A DNA stretch of 54,985 nt from Candidatus Jorgensenbacteria bacterium (GTDB lineage: Bacteria > Patescibacteriota > Minisyncoccia > UBA6257 > GWB1-50-10). Shown piece by piece: positions 16,998-25,491 of this stretch. Position numbers and translations under genes: made by a program. The notes beneath the pieces were generated by a model. The model worked only from the letters and a program-made list of their open reading frames with translations, had not been told where the DNA came from and searched no databases. Position 1 is the first letter of the stretch. Each line of letters opens with the position of its first letter. The stretch spans positions 1 to 54,985 of the forward strand of contig JAUSHK010000004.1 of NCBI GenBank assembly GCA_030648515.1, read 5' to 3'.

Positions 16998-17002
16998 GAT
17001 GA

Positions 17003-17581
17003 TTATTTGAATTTCAGTTCCCCGCTTATAATATGCGGCAGAACGAGCAGTGAACAGGCGATTGCTTTATTATCCTTAATCTCGCCCGCCCAGATTTTTT
17101 CGTACCACTTTTCAATCGGTACAAGAACCGTTTCGATGGTTCCTTTTTCGTTTTCATCGAGTTCAGGTTCCCCGACTTTTTCACAGTCGGTCCCCAGTAG
17201 AAAAACGCATTTTACGTTCAGGGAAGGGGCGTCAATATAAGAAGTGCAATGGAGATTGGTTATCTCGCGTGGCTTGTATCCCGTTTCTTCAAGAAACTCC
17301 CTCTCTCCAGCTCTCCGAGGATCCTCGCCTTTTTTAGGTATGCCTCCGGGTATTTCTAACATGAAATTATTGGCGCCCGCCCTAAATTGCCGCACTACTA
17401 CAACCTCCCGATCCTTCGTTACTCCAAACACAAGTACCGGATCTCCTTTTGTCCACCACCAGAGATAGTGGGTTTCTTTTCTGTTTCCCGGATAATAAAA
17501 GTCTCTTTCAGCCATTCCTTTTCCCCATTCGCCTGGAAAAACAATTCTCGGATCGCCAGCTTGAGGCCTTACTAGTCCCAT
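17003..17581 (-). CDS. Nudix hydrolase (ADP-ribose / NDP-sugar pyrophosphatase-like)
   Basis: Canonical Nudix box GGIPKKGEDPRRAGEREFLEETGY. Confidence 0.85.
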   Translation of the reverse strand: MGLVRPQAGDPRIVFPGEWGKGMAERDFYYPGNRKETHYLWWWTKGDPVLVFGVTKDREVVVVRQFRAGANNFMLEIPGGIPKKGEDPRRAGEREFLEETGYKPREITNLHCTSYIDAPSLNVKCVFLLGTDCEKVGEPELDENEKGTIETVLVPIEKWYEKIWAGEIKDNKAIACSLLVLPHIISGELKFK

Positions 17582-17638
17582 AAAACCGTCCTTTCTATTT
17601 ATTAGTTTAGTTATTAATTTACTTAACCAGCTTTTTTA

Positions 17639-17667
17639 ATTGTGCTCCCTTTTCTCCGATTTGTCAA
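17639..17667 (-). promoter_or_regulatory. Possible promoter for the Nudix gene
   Basis: On the minus strand: TTGACA-17 nt-CACAAT (weak -10). Confidence 0.35.
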
Positions 17668-17705
17668 GTCGGCATACTAATGTGGCGGAACTTAAAAACA
17701 GACTC

Positions 17706-17734
17706 TTGAAGCCAGTAAAAATAGATGTTATAAT
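17706..17734 (+). promoter_or_regulatory. Sigma70-like promoter for gmhB
   Basis: TTGAAG-17 nt-TATAAT. The ATG lies only 11 nt after the -10. Confidence 0.5.
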
Positions 17735-17745
17735 AATGAGCGAAA

Positions 17746-18300
17746 ATGAATAATTCCAATAGTATATCTAAAAATAAGGCACTCTTTCTTGATAGAGACG
17801 GAGTTGTCTGTGAAGCTCTGAATCCTAACGACGGGAAGAACGGCTACCTGATTAAACCCGAGGAATGCGAACTGCTTCCCGGTATTAAGGAGCTTGTAAC
17901 CAGCGCCAAAGAAAAAGGATATGTTGTCGTGGTAGTCAGCAACCAGCCCCAAATAGCCAAAGGGCTTCTTAAAGAAGGGGAGCTTGCCAGAGTTCATTTG
18001 AAGATACAGAATTTGTTAGATAATAAAATTGATAAAATATATCATTGTCCGCACAAAGATGAAGACAATTGCGATTGTCGGAAGCCGAAAGCGGGAATGC
18101 TCAAACGAGCCGCGGAAGAATTGAATATCGATTGTACGAAATCAGTGATGGTGGGGGATGGCGATAAGGATATCTTTGCCGGCCAGGCGGTCGGTTGTAA
18201 GACCATTTTTATAAAGAACAAGTTCAAGGAACAGTATTTGGCCAATTGTTCGCCTGACTATACAGTTACGCGTCTTTCGGAGGTTATTCCTTTGATTTAA
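17746..18300 (+). CDS. gmhB: D,D-heptose 1,7-bisphosphate phosphatase (HAD-IIIA, GmhB/HisB-N family)
   Basis: LFLDRDGVV (DxD), VVVSNQ, CPHKDEDNCDCRKPKAGM (Zn-loop Cys plus RKP) and GDGDKD. Confidence 0.8.
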   Translation: MNNSNSISKNKALFLDRDGVVCEALNPNDGKNGYLIKPEECELLPGIKELVTSAKEKGYVVVVVSNQPQIAKGLLKEGELARVHLKIQNLLDNKIDKIYHCPHKDEDNCDCRKPKAGMLKRAAEELNIDCTKSVMVGDGDKDIFAGQAVGCKTIFIKNKFKEQYLANCSPDYTVTRLSEVIPLI

Positions 18301-18305
18301 ATAAA

Positions 18306-18330
18306 AAAGGGACCGCGTTGGCAGTCCCTA
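18306..18330 (-). terminator. Terminator for the minus-strand kinase operon (also a hairpin after gmhB)
   Basis: gggac-N10-gtccc. Read on the minus strand it is followed by tttttt. Confidence 0.5.
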
Positions 18331-18360
18331 TAATCTAACCAGTCCTTATCCTTGGCGTTT

Positions 18361-18954
18361 TTAGCCATGGATGAAATTTAAAGAAAGATTCACGCAGCGC
18401 TCAACTGACTGACTTGTGTCAATTATCAGGAGATCATCAGGAGAGAATACGCCAGTTTTATGCGGCCATTCAAACCGGCCTTTTACATGGTAGTAATCAA
18501 TCAACGTTTGCGTTCCGTATACGAATTTCTTTCCTTCGTCGCGTTGTCTCATTCTACGCTTAAGCTCCTCGTCTGTTTCCTGTTCTACGCGGCATATAAT
18601 AAAGCGAAGTCGCGCTTCCTGTGTCCGCACTAATTCCAGCAAGAATTCTTGCGAGGACTTGCTCGCGTAAGTCGCGGAAATAATAAGAGACCTATCCGCT
18701 TCAAGTGATAGATTTACGGTTTCATGAAGCAGGCGATAGGCTAGAGTCATGTCTTTACGCGTGATTAGTGCCGCTTCCGTAGGATTTTTCCACCGCTTTG
18801 CATATTCCTCATGGGTCGGCACGCCGAAGGCGGCCGCTCTGAGCTCATCGCTGTCGCAATAATGAATCCCGAGTGTTGCCGCCAGATTTTTGCCCAAGGT
18901 AGTTTTTCCGGCAAGCGGGGGACCGGCGATGGCTATCAACATCGGTTGGTTCAT
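18361..18954 (-). CDS. P-loop kinase-like protein (AAA_33 / PNK-PSTK-like), paralog 2
   Basis: Walker A GPPLAGKTT, DSDELR after it and lid-like KRRMRQR (RxxxR). Confidence 0.65.
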   Translation of the reverse strand: MNQPMLIAIAGPPLAGKTTLGKNLAATLGIHYCDSDELRAAAFGVPTHEEYAKRWKNPTEAALITRKDMTLAYRLLHETVNLSLEADRSLIISATYASKSSQEFLLELVRTQEARLRFIICRVEQETDEELKRRMRQRDEGKKFVYGTQTLIDYYHVKGRFEWPHKTGVFSPDDLLIIDTSQSVERCVNLSLNFIHG

Positions 18955-19520
18955 AAACCCTCCCTCGGTTCTTGAATATAGGCGAGCGCGGCTTTTGCGG
19001 CCCCATTAACGTTTTCGGACATCATACTGACTTTAAGATGCGGGATATCGGTTCCCTCGTATCTCGATTTATCGTCGAGATAATGTTCCACCGACCGGCA
19101 GCCGCCGGGGTCGCCATTTGCGAGGCGTTCCCGTATGCGGCGATTAATTTCTTCATCCGTGTCTTCAAACGTGCACCAGATGAGTTTGAGTTTTCCTCCA
19201 TTTTGTTCAACCGCGCGGCAGAGATATTCCTGGCTTTTCCTGCTTGAATACGCGGCAGAAACAATAATAGGAAACCCCGCCGTCACATTCGCCGTGATTG
19301 CTTCATGGAGAACGGAATAAGCCACCGCCATTCGTCTGCGTTCCCGATCGCGCTTCTCGTCGGAAGAATAAGGCTCCGGTTCCTGCGATGGTGCACAACG
19401 GGCAGGGCCGTCGTCAATATCAATGTGGTGAATGCCGGTACGCTGGGAAAGCTCTTTTCCAAGCGTGGTTTTGCCGGAAAGCACGATTCCCATAATCGCG
19501 ATTACTATTTTCTCTTCCAT
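18951..19520 (-). CDS. P-loop kinase-like protein (AAA_33 / PNK-PSTK-like), paralog 1
   Basis: Walker A GIVLSGKTT, DIDD and NRRIRER. Collinear with the downstream paralog (IAI-G--L-GKTTLGK-L...AY--LHE...SA-Y-S--SQE). 4-nt overlap with it. Confidence 0.65.
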   Translation of the reverse strand: MEEKIVIAIMGIVLSGKTTLGKELSQRTGIHHIDIDDGPARCAPSQEPEPYSSDEKRDRERRRMAVAYSVLHEAITANVTAGFPIIVSAAYSSRKSQEYLCRAVEQNGGKLKLIWCTFEDTDEEINRRIRERLANGDPGGCRSVEHYLDDKSRYEGTDIPHLKVSMMSENVNGAAKAALAYIQEPREGL

Positions 19521-19603
19521 TGCACATACTCCTTTTGGGTTAGTACGGTTCTTGTATATTTTTTATGTAACTTCACTATCTTGCGTGTAAAAAATCTTGT
19601 TGC

Positions 19604-19631
19604 ATTATAATACATTAAAATAAAAAGTCAA
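19604..19631 (-). promoter_or_regulatory. Sigma70-like promoter for the kinase pair
   Basis: On the minus strand: TTGACT-16 nt-TATAAT. AAGGAG SD 8 nt before the ATG. Confidence 0.55.
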
Positions 19632-19673
19632 CTACTACGGTGATGTTCCGCGTTTTCCGGTCCTAATGTTAAT

Positions 19674-19702
19674 TTGACAACAGCTTTTTTGTGTGATATC
19701 AT
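19674..19702 (+). promoter_or_regulatory. Sigma70-like promoter for the HD-domain gene
   Basis: TTGACA-17 nt-TATCAT. Confidence 0.55.
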
Positions 19703-19760
19703 TCTTTTTGTTAATAAGGGTTTAAAACTGTACATTTAAAACTTAAAAAGGAGGTGCGCA

Positions 19761-20594
19761 GTGATAATAGGGTTACCGGAATTTTTTCAGACTAGTGGTT
19801 TAAGCCCCGAAGTAAGGAATTACCTTCTTTTGTTTGTGGAGGACCGCGACAAAGAACTTCTTTTGCATAAAGACCCCGGTGGATTGTGGGAGCCGGACGG
19901 TAAGAAAGGCGACTGGAGAAATGTCACTGAGCATTGTCTCATGGTTGCCGCTCGCGCTGATATGCTTGGACGCTTTCTAAATCTCCCGAAAGATGTTCAG
20001 GAAGGGCTTGACTCGGCCGCTATGTTGCACGATTTCTATAAGCGGCGAGAAATCGAGATGATGAAAAACGGCACTATTGCCGGAGGAGACGGTTTGGTTA
20101 TTGCGTGGACCGCCGGGAAAGAAAGCGAAAAAATTCTCCGAAGGGCGGGGTTTTCAGAATTAGTCATCTCGCTTGTAGGATGTGTCGGCGGATTTCCTCA
20201 GATTATCCTCCGCATGAAAGAGATTTTAGACGCGCCGGATTTAAAACCGGAAGATGTAGCGCATCTTGCGTTGCATTACATCGATGGTTACACCAACGGC
20301 AGTTCCCTTGCGGAGCCCGCAGTGGAAGAAGGAGATAAAATTATCAATGATGTTGACCGGAGAAATAAGAAGAACGCGGAGCGGTATTCTGAGCTTGCTA
20401 AGCAAAGTCCCCCGGAATACAAGGACCATCCGTTTTTCGGCAAGATGACGCTCTTTGAAGCGCAGGCTGCGATGAGCCATCTTATAGAAGTGCGCATTAC
20501 TGAAATCCTTCACGACAATGGAGGACGAAGTATAAAAAGTCAGCTGCATCTTCCGGAATATATTGATGAGTGTATCATCGAGGCGGCGGCGTAA
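19761..20594 (+). CDS. HD-domain phosphohydrolase-like protein
   Basis: TEHCLMVAA...AAMLHDFYKR gives the H...HD signature. AAGGAGG SD 6 nt before a GTG start. Confidence 0.65.
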   Translation: MIIGLPEFFQTSGLSPEVRNYLLLFVEDRDKELLLHKDPGGLWEPDGKKGDWRNVTEHCLMVAARADMLGRFLNLPKDVQEGLDSAAMLHDFYKRREIEMMKNGTIAGGDGLVIAWTAGKESEKILRRAGFSELVISLVGCVGGFPQIILRMKEILDAPDLKPEDVAHLALHYIDGYTNGSSLAEPAVEEGDKIINDVDRRNKKNAERYSELAKQSPPEYKDHPFFGKMTLFEAQAAMSHLIEVRITEILHDNGGRSIKSQLHLPEYIDECIIEAAA

Positions 20595-20610
20595 TATTTT
20601 TGATTAAAAA

Positions 20611-20644
20611 GCGCGACCTAGAATTCTAGGCCGCGTATTTTTTT
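20611..20644 (+). terminator. Rho-independent terminator
   Basis: cgcgacctaga-at-tctaggccgcg (one mismatch) followed by tattttttt. Confidence 0.75.
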
Positions 20645-20668
20645 AATTTGTAGGCCAGTCAATTTTCT

Positions 20669-20710
20669 AAATTAGCGCGCCTTGAAAATGCTAATTTCCG
20701 GTGCTAGCAT
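20669..20710 (+). promoter_or_regulatory. Promoter with overlapping 8-bp inverted repeat (possible operator)
   Basis: TTGAAA (20682-20687)-17 nt-TAGCAT (20705-20710). aaattagc (20669-20676) and gctaattt (20690-20697) flank the -35. Confidence 0.45.
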
Positions 20711-20716
20711 GGAATC

Positions 20717-21235
20717 ATGATTGAAATTAAAAAAACAAAGCTGGAGGGGGTTCTGCTTATTAAGCCGGACGTTTTTGAAGACTTTCGCGGCAAATATGTT
20801 TCTCCGTATAACAAGGAGGAGTTCCAGAAAGCGGGGATTTCAGTTGACTTCGTGTGCGAGGATTACTCAACTTCTACGAGGGGCGTTCTTCGCGGCGTCC
20901 ACGCCGATTCTAATAATTGGAAGCTTATTTCCTGCAGGCGCGGCAGGTTTTATTTTGTCGTGGTGAACTGCGATAAAAACTCAAAAGAGTTTCGAAAGTG
21001 GGAATCGTTCGTTCTTTCCGAAGAAAACCATTTGCACGTGCTCGTCCCGCCGACATTCGGCAACGGGCATTTTGCCTTGAGCGACGAAGTTGAATTTCAT
21101 TATCTGCAGTCCAACTACTATGATCCGTCCAGGCAGACCTCATATCGGTACGATGACCCGCAGTTTAATATTTGGTGGCCGACTAAAAATCCGATTCTTT
21201 CCCAGAGAGACGAAGCGGGGAAGTACGTAGAGTAG
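20717..21235 (+). CDS. NDP-4-dehydro-6-deoxyhexose 3,5-epimerase (RmlC-like cupin)
   Basis: LEGVLLIKPDVFEDFRGKYV, RGVHAD and KLISCRRGRFYFVVVN are typical of the RmlC family. Confidence 0.8.
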   Translation: MIEIKKTKLEGVLLIKPDVFEDFRGKYVSPYNKEEFQKAGISVDFVCEDYSTSTRGVLRGVHADSNNWKLISCRRGRFYFVVVNCDKNSKEFRKWESFVLSEENHLHVLVPPTFGNGHFALSDEVEFHYLQSNYYDPSRQTSYRYDDPQFNIWWPTKNPILSQRDEAGKYVE

Positions 21236-21294
21236 TTGAGATACGCGTGGCGCGAAAATCTTTTTCGCTGGCTTTTTTGCGGCGCAATGGGGAA

Positions 21295-21323
21295 TTGACA
21301 AAGTTTTAAAAATAAGCTATATA
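21295..21323 (+). promoter_or_regulatory. Sigma70-like promoter for the 21382-27324 operon
   Basis: TTGACA-17 nt-TATATA. Confidence 0.5.
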
Positions 21324-21381
21324 TCTAACTAGTAGTTTAATCGGTGATTTGATCTTAAAAAATAAAAACGGAGGAAAATGT

Positions 21382-22179
21382 ATGAAGAAAAAAGAATTTA
21401 ATCCGAAGACGGCAATTTCCCGCTTGAGGCTGCTTCTTCTTGATATCGGTGAAAAAGTGCTTAAGATGCGCAAGTCCGGCGGTAATATGGGAATTAGAAT
21501 AAAGACGGGTGTTACGGATATTGTAACGCGCGCCGACAATTTTTCGGAAGAAAAGATTGTTTCCCATATTAAAAAATTATATCCAGGACATCGCATACGC
21601 GGAGAAGAAAAGGGAGTGAGCGTAGAGTCAAACTCAGAATGGGAGTGGATTATTGACCCTATTGACGGAACATCCAACTACTCCGGCGGTATGGATTTCT
21701 TCGGTATTTCCGTGGGATTGTACAGAAATGGGATAGGCCAACTGGGAATGATTAACTACCCGGCCCTTAAAAAGCTTGTATACGCGATTAAGGGGGAGGG
21801 CGCCTGGATGAACGGGAAGCGAATCACGATACAAAGAGCAGATAAGAAGGCGTTGAAAGATTCTCTGATTGCGGCCGGCATTATGTTGAGCACCGCTGGC
21901 AAATTCGAACGTTTGCAGAGTCACTCGCGCAACATAGTTATGTTTGGTTCATTTACTTGCGATACTCTATTATTCCTCGAAGAGAAGATTGGCGCCAATA
22001 TTCATACGGGAGCGACCCCTTATGATATCGCCGCGGCCCGCATTATTGTCAGGGAAGCCGGCGGTGTATCGTCCGGAATCGAAAGCGCCGCGATTAATAT
22101 AGATAACGAAAAAATTCCCATTATTTTCGCGAGGTCCCAAAAACTCGCTCAGGAATTGAGGGAACTCTTAAGAAACTAA
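21382..22179 (+). CDS. Inositol-monophosphatase-family sugar phosphatase
   Basis: EEKG and WIIDPIDGTSNY motifs. GGAGG SD precedes ATG 21382, so the ORF-track TTG start at 21349 is less likely. Confidence 0.8.
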   Translation: MKKKEFNPKTAISRLRLLLLDIGEKVLKMRKSGGNMGIRIKTGVTDIVTRADNFSEEKIVSHIKKLYPGHRIRGEEKGVSVESNSEWEWIIDPIDGTSNYSGGMDFFGISVGLYRNGIGQLGMINYPALKKLVYAIKGEGAWMNGKRITIQRADKKALKDSLIAAGIMLSTAGKFERLQSHSRNIVMFGSFTCDTLLFLEEKIGANIHTGATPYDIAAARIIVREAGGVSSGIESAAINIDNEKIPIIFARSQKLAQELRELLRN

Positions 22180-22201
22180 AAAATCCCGAGTTTTGCCATG
22201 T

Positions 22202-22233
22202 AATCGCCGCGCATCTGCCCGGCGATTCTTTTT
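22202..22233 (+). terminator. Rho-independent terminator or attenuator
   Basis: aatcgccg-N10-cggcgatt followed by cttttt. Confidence 0.65.
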
Positions 22234-22301
22234 ATACAGCCTTTATTTGCAAAACTATATGATTGCGTTTCATGGATAAACGTGGCATTATGGAGGAAAT
22301 T

Positions 22302-23549
22302 ATGAAATTAACGGTATACGGTTCATGGCATCTAGCCGAGGTTTATGCGGTGGGACTTTGCGAACTGGGCCACGAAGTAAACCTGGTTTCCAGCAATACT
22401 GAGACCTATGAAAATTATAAAAAAGGCAAACCGCCGGTTTTTGAACCTGGAATCAGTGAGGGAATAAAGAAGTACGCCGAGAGCGGCAAACTCTCATTTT
22501 CCAACACAACAGCCGGCTCAGAAGGCAAAACGGATATTTGTTTCTTTGCTCAGGATGTAAATATCACACCCGAAGGAGTTGATATGAAAGACATTCAGGA
22601 CCATTTTCGTAAAGCAATCGAGGGTAAAAATTTTAAAATACTCTGCGTTTCTTCCCAACTGCCTATAGGAACCTGCAGAAGGTGGCAGGAAGAAAATAAA
22701 GACATTGACATTGTTTATTTCCCTGAATTTCTTCGCTTCGGAGACGCTCTAAAGCGTTTTATTGAACCGGATTACATAGTTCTAGGAGGGGAGGCGTCAG
22801 TGGTTCAAAAAGTGTCGGAAGTTTTTAAAAACGTGAATTCGCCGAAATTCTCCGTTTCCTTGGAAGAAGCGGAAATGGCAAAACATGCGGCGAATATTTT
22901 CGTCGCCATGACAGTGAGCTTTATTTCCGAACTTACGAAATTCAGCGAACATTTTGACATTGATTTTGAAAAAATCGGCGCGATATTGCGGGCGGACAAA
23001 AGAATAGGGCCAAAAGCATACACTTTGCCAGGACTCGGATTTTCCGGAACCGTGAAGCGCGATATCGTGGTTTTGATAAACGAGGCAAAAAAGCTCAAAA
23101 AACAGCTTCCGATGTTTGAACAAATCATTGCCGTGAACGACGAGCATAATAAATTTATTGAATATGAGCTCAAGTCCCGTTTTCAGACGTTTAAAGACAA
23201 AAAGATAGGATTTTTAGGGGCTACCTATAAGCCATTCACTTCAAATATGAGAGGATCTCTTGTTGCCCCGCTTATGGAAGGTCTTAAAAAAGAAGGCGCC
23301 TTAGTGGTTTTATACGATCCGCTGGTTGAAAATAATCCCTATACAGTCGGTTCTATCAATGAAGCTTTTTCAGGGGCGGACGCGGTTGTTATCGCAGTTA
23401 GTAAAAAAGAGTTCAGGGAAGCGCCTCACGGAGAGCTCATTTCTTCCATGAGAAAAAAAGTTATCATAGACGCCGCTAATATGTTTAAGAAAGAAGATGC
23501 GAAAAAACTCGGCGTTGATTATTCGTCCATAGGTCGCGGGAAACTTTAA
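22302..23549 (+). CDS. UDP-glucose/GDP-mannose dehydrogenase-family protein lacking the canonical NAD motif and catalytic Cys
   Basis: Family blocks EMAKHAANIFVAMTVSFISE, ADKRIGP and GATYKPFTSNMRGS..VVLYDP are present. GGAGG SD 5 nt before ATG 22302. Confidence 0.7.
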   Translation: MKLTVYGSWHLAEVYAVGLCELGHEVNLVSSNTETYENYKKGKPPVFEPGISEGIKKYAESGKLSFSNTTAGSEGKTDICFFAQDVNITPEGVDMKDIQDHFRKAIEGKNFKILCVSSQLPIGTCRRWQEENKDIDIVYFPEFLRFGDALKRFIEPDYIVLGGEASVVQKVSEVFKNVNSPKFSVSLEEAEMAKHAANIFVAMTVSFISELTKFSEHFDIDFEKIGAILRADKRIGPKAYTLPGLGFSGTVKRDIVVLINEAKKLKKQLPMFEQIIAVNDEHNKFIEYELKSRFQTFKDKKIGFLGATYKPFTSNMRGSLVAPLMEGLKKEGALVVLYDPLVENNPYTVGSINEAFSGADAVVIAVSKKEFREAPHGELISSMRKKVIIDAANMFKKEDAKKLGVDYSSIGRGKL

Positions 23550-23562
23550 TTTTTATACAAAT

Positions 23563-24432
23563 ATGAAGATAGTAATTTTCGGCGGAAGGGGATTTATAGG
23601 CACGGCGCTCCAAAAGAAAGCGAGGGAGAAATCGCATGAAATTACCGTGTTTGATTTAACTAAAGAGGACATTCGGGATCCGAAAACGTTTCAACGACTC
23701 CTTGAGGCAGAGAAGGCAGATGTAGTAATCAACCTAGCCGCAATTTTGGGAACCATGAAGGAGTCCCCGTCAGTTCAGGATCTTTTTGAAACGAACGTGA
23801 TGGGTAATTTGAAAGTTTTGAAATCTTCTTATGACGCAGGCATAAGAAACTACATTTTTACCAGTTCCATGACGGTTCACGGAGAAAATGAAATCGGCGA
23901 CCACAGAACGCGATTTTCCCCGTTTAATCCGAAGCACGGCTATAGCGCGAGCAAGGCTTCCGCGGAATTTTCTATGATGCAGTTTTTAAAAGAGGCGCCG
24001 GGGATGAAAATAGTGGCGGTGCGCCCGACCATGGTTTTAGGCAAGGGCACGTATTTGCCTCACGCTCCGATTGATTTCATAAAAACAATACTGTCGGGGA
24101 AAAATATAGAGATTTATGGAGAAGGCCTCCATGAAAGGGAATGGATATGGATTGATGACGTTGCTGAAGGGATTCTAAAGGCCGTTGAGTACGCTCTTTC
24201 CGCGGACGCCGGTTATTATCCATTTTTCCTTTCCTCTGTGCGCATTTCAATGCGCGATTTGGCAAATAAGGTGGCGGATAAGCTCGGCGGCAAAGTTGTT
24301 TTTGTCCCTTCTACTAAACAGGCCTTCACTTTGACGTCGGATTTTTCCGAGTCGCAGTCGCTTTTGAAGTGGTCGCCTAAGAATGGCATTGATGACATGA
24401 TCGGCAAATTAATTGACATACTCCGCAGTTAA
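23563..24432 (+). CDS. NAD(P)-dependent sugar epimerase/reductase (extended SDR)
   Basis: IFGGRGFIGTAL and YSASKASAE (YxxxK). Confidence 0.8.
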   Translation: MKIVIFGGRGFIGTALQKKAREKSHEITVFDLTKEDIRDPKTFQRLLEAEKADVVINLAAILGTMKESPSVQDLFETNVMGNLKVLKSSYDAGIRNYIFTSSMTVHGENEIGDHRTRFSPFNPKHGYSASKASAEFSMMQFLKEAPGMKIVAVRPTMVLGKGTYLPHAPIDFIKTILSGKNIEIYGEGLHEREWIWIDDVAEGILKAVEYALSADAGYYPFFLSSVRISMRDLANKVADKLGGKVVFVPSTKQAFTLTSDFSESQSLLKWSPKNGIDDMIGKLIDILRS

Positions 24433-24483
24433 CAGCGCGGTGATTTACAAGGCAACCGTTGTGTTATATTATTACGCATCTCT

Positions 24484-25473
24484 ATGATGGTTATTACAAA
24501 AACGCCTTTACGAGTATCCTTCTTTGGCGGCGGCACGGATTACCCCGCGTGGGTTAAAGAATATGGCGGAGCCGTACTTAGCACATCCATTGATAAATAT
24601 TCGCATCTGTACGTGCAGCGCCTTCTGCCATTTTTTTCCTACAAAACGAAAATAGTTTGGTCTCGAATAGAGGAGGTCGGCGCCATTAATGAAATAGCTC
24701 ATCCTTCAGTGCGCGAAACTCTGCGTTTTATGAATTTGGACGGCGGATTGGCTATCACGTATAACGGGGATTTGCCCGCCAGATCGGGCGTCGGTTCAAG
24801 CTCGTCTTTTACTGTCGGCTTTCTTCACGCGCTTTACGGGCTTAAAAAGGTTACCCCTGATAAAAAAAAGTTAGCGGAAGAAGCGATTCATATTGAGCAA
24901 AATTGCATTAAAGAAAACGTCGGATCGCAGGATCAGATTGCCGCTGCCTTTGGCGGATTCAATAAAATAGAGTTCAATAAAGACGGCAGTTTCACTGTCA
25001 TGCCGATACAGCTGAGCAAGGAGAGGTGTGAAAATTTGCAAAAACACATGATGCTCTTTTTCACAGGTTTTTCCCGGAACGCCTCAGACGTCGCTCATGA
25101 ACAGATTAAAAATATTCCCAATAAAATAAAAGAGCTTCACGCAATGCATGGAATGGTCGATGAGGCTATCGGCATACTGCAGCGCAATGGCGATTGGCTC
25201 GGGGATTTTGGCCGGCTTCTCAATAAAAGCTGGGAACTCAAAAGAGACCTTTCGGCGCATATATCAAATGACGCAATTGATAATCTTTATAAACGGGCAA
25301 TGGACGCCGGAGCGCTTGGCGGCAAACTCCTTGGCGCCGGTGGCGGAGGATTTTTTCTTGTGTATGCCCGGCCGGAAAAACAAAAGAAAATACGCGCTGC
25401 GCTTTCCGAATTGCTCTATGTTCCATTCGCCTTTGAAAATGAGGGTAGTAAAATAATCTACCAGGCGCATTAG
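24484..25473 (+). CDS. GHMP-family sugar kinase (HddA-like, D-glycero-D-manno-heptose 7-phosphate kinase type)
   Basis: TPLRVSFFGGGTDYPAW, PARSGVGSSSSFTV (GHMP motif II) and KLLGAGGGGFFL. Confidence 0.75.
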   Translation: MMVITKTPLRVSFFGGGTDYPAWVKEYGGAVLSTSIDKYSHLYVQRLLPFFSYKTKIVWSRIEEVGAINEIAHPSVRETLRFMNLDGGLAITYNGDLPARSGVGSSSSFTVGFLHALYGLKKVTPDKKKLAEEAIHIEQNCIKENVGSQDQIAAAFGGFNKIEFNKDGSFTVMPIQLSKERCENLQKHMMLFFTGFSRNASDVAHEQIKNIPNKIKELHAMHGMVDEAIGILQRNGDWLGDFGRLLNKSWELKRDLSAHISNDAIDNLYKRAMDAGALGGKLLGAGGGGFFLVYARPEKQKKIRAALSELLYVPFAFENEGSKIIYQAH

Positions 25474-25491
25474 GCCCGCGGTGTAATTACT

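Noticed and set aside
18361-19520. Kinase pair as a zeta-toxin-type toxin-antitoxin system
   Set aside because: Both genes encode similar full-length P-loop proteins. No small epsilon-like antitoxin ORF precedes them and no TA-like autoregulatory layout is visible. The idea was kept only as 'unknown kinase module'.
21252-21278. Hairpin gcgaaaa-tct-ttttcgc after the RmlC-like gene as a terminator
   Set aside because: The stem is AU-rich and only 7 bp, and a 4-nt gap precedes the T-tract. It is plausible but too weak to list as a feature.
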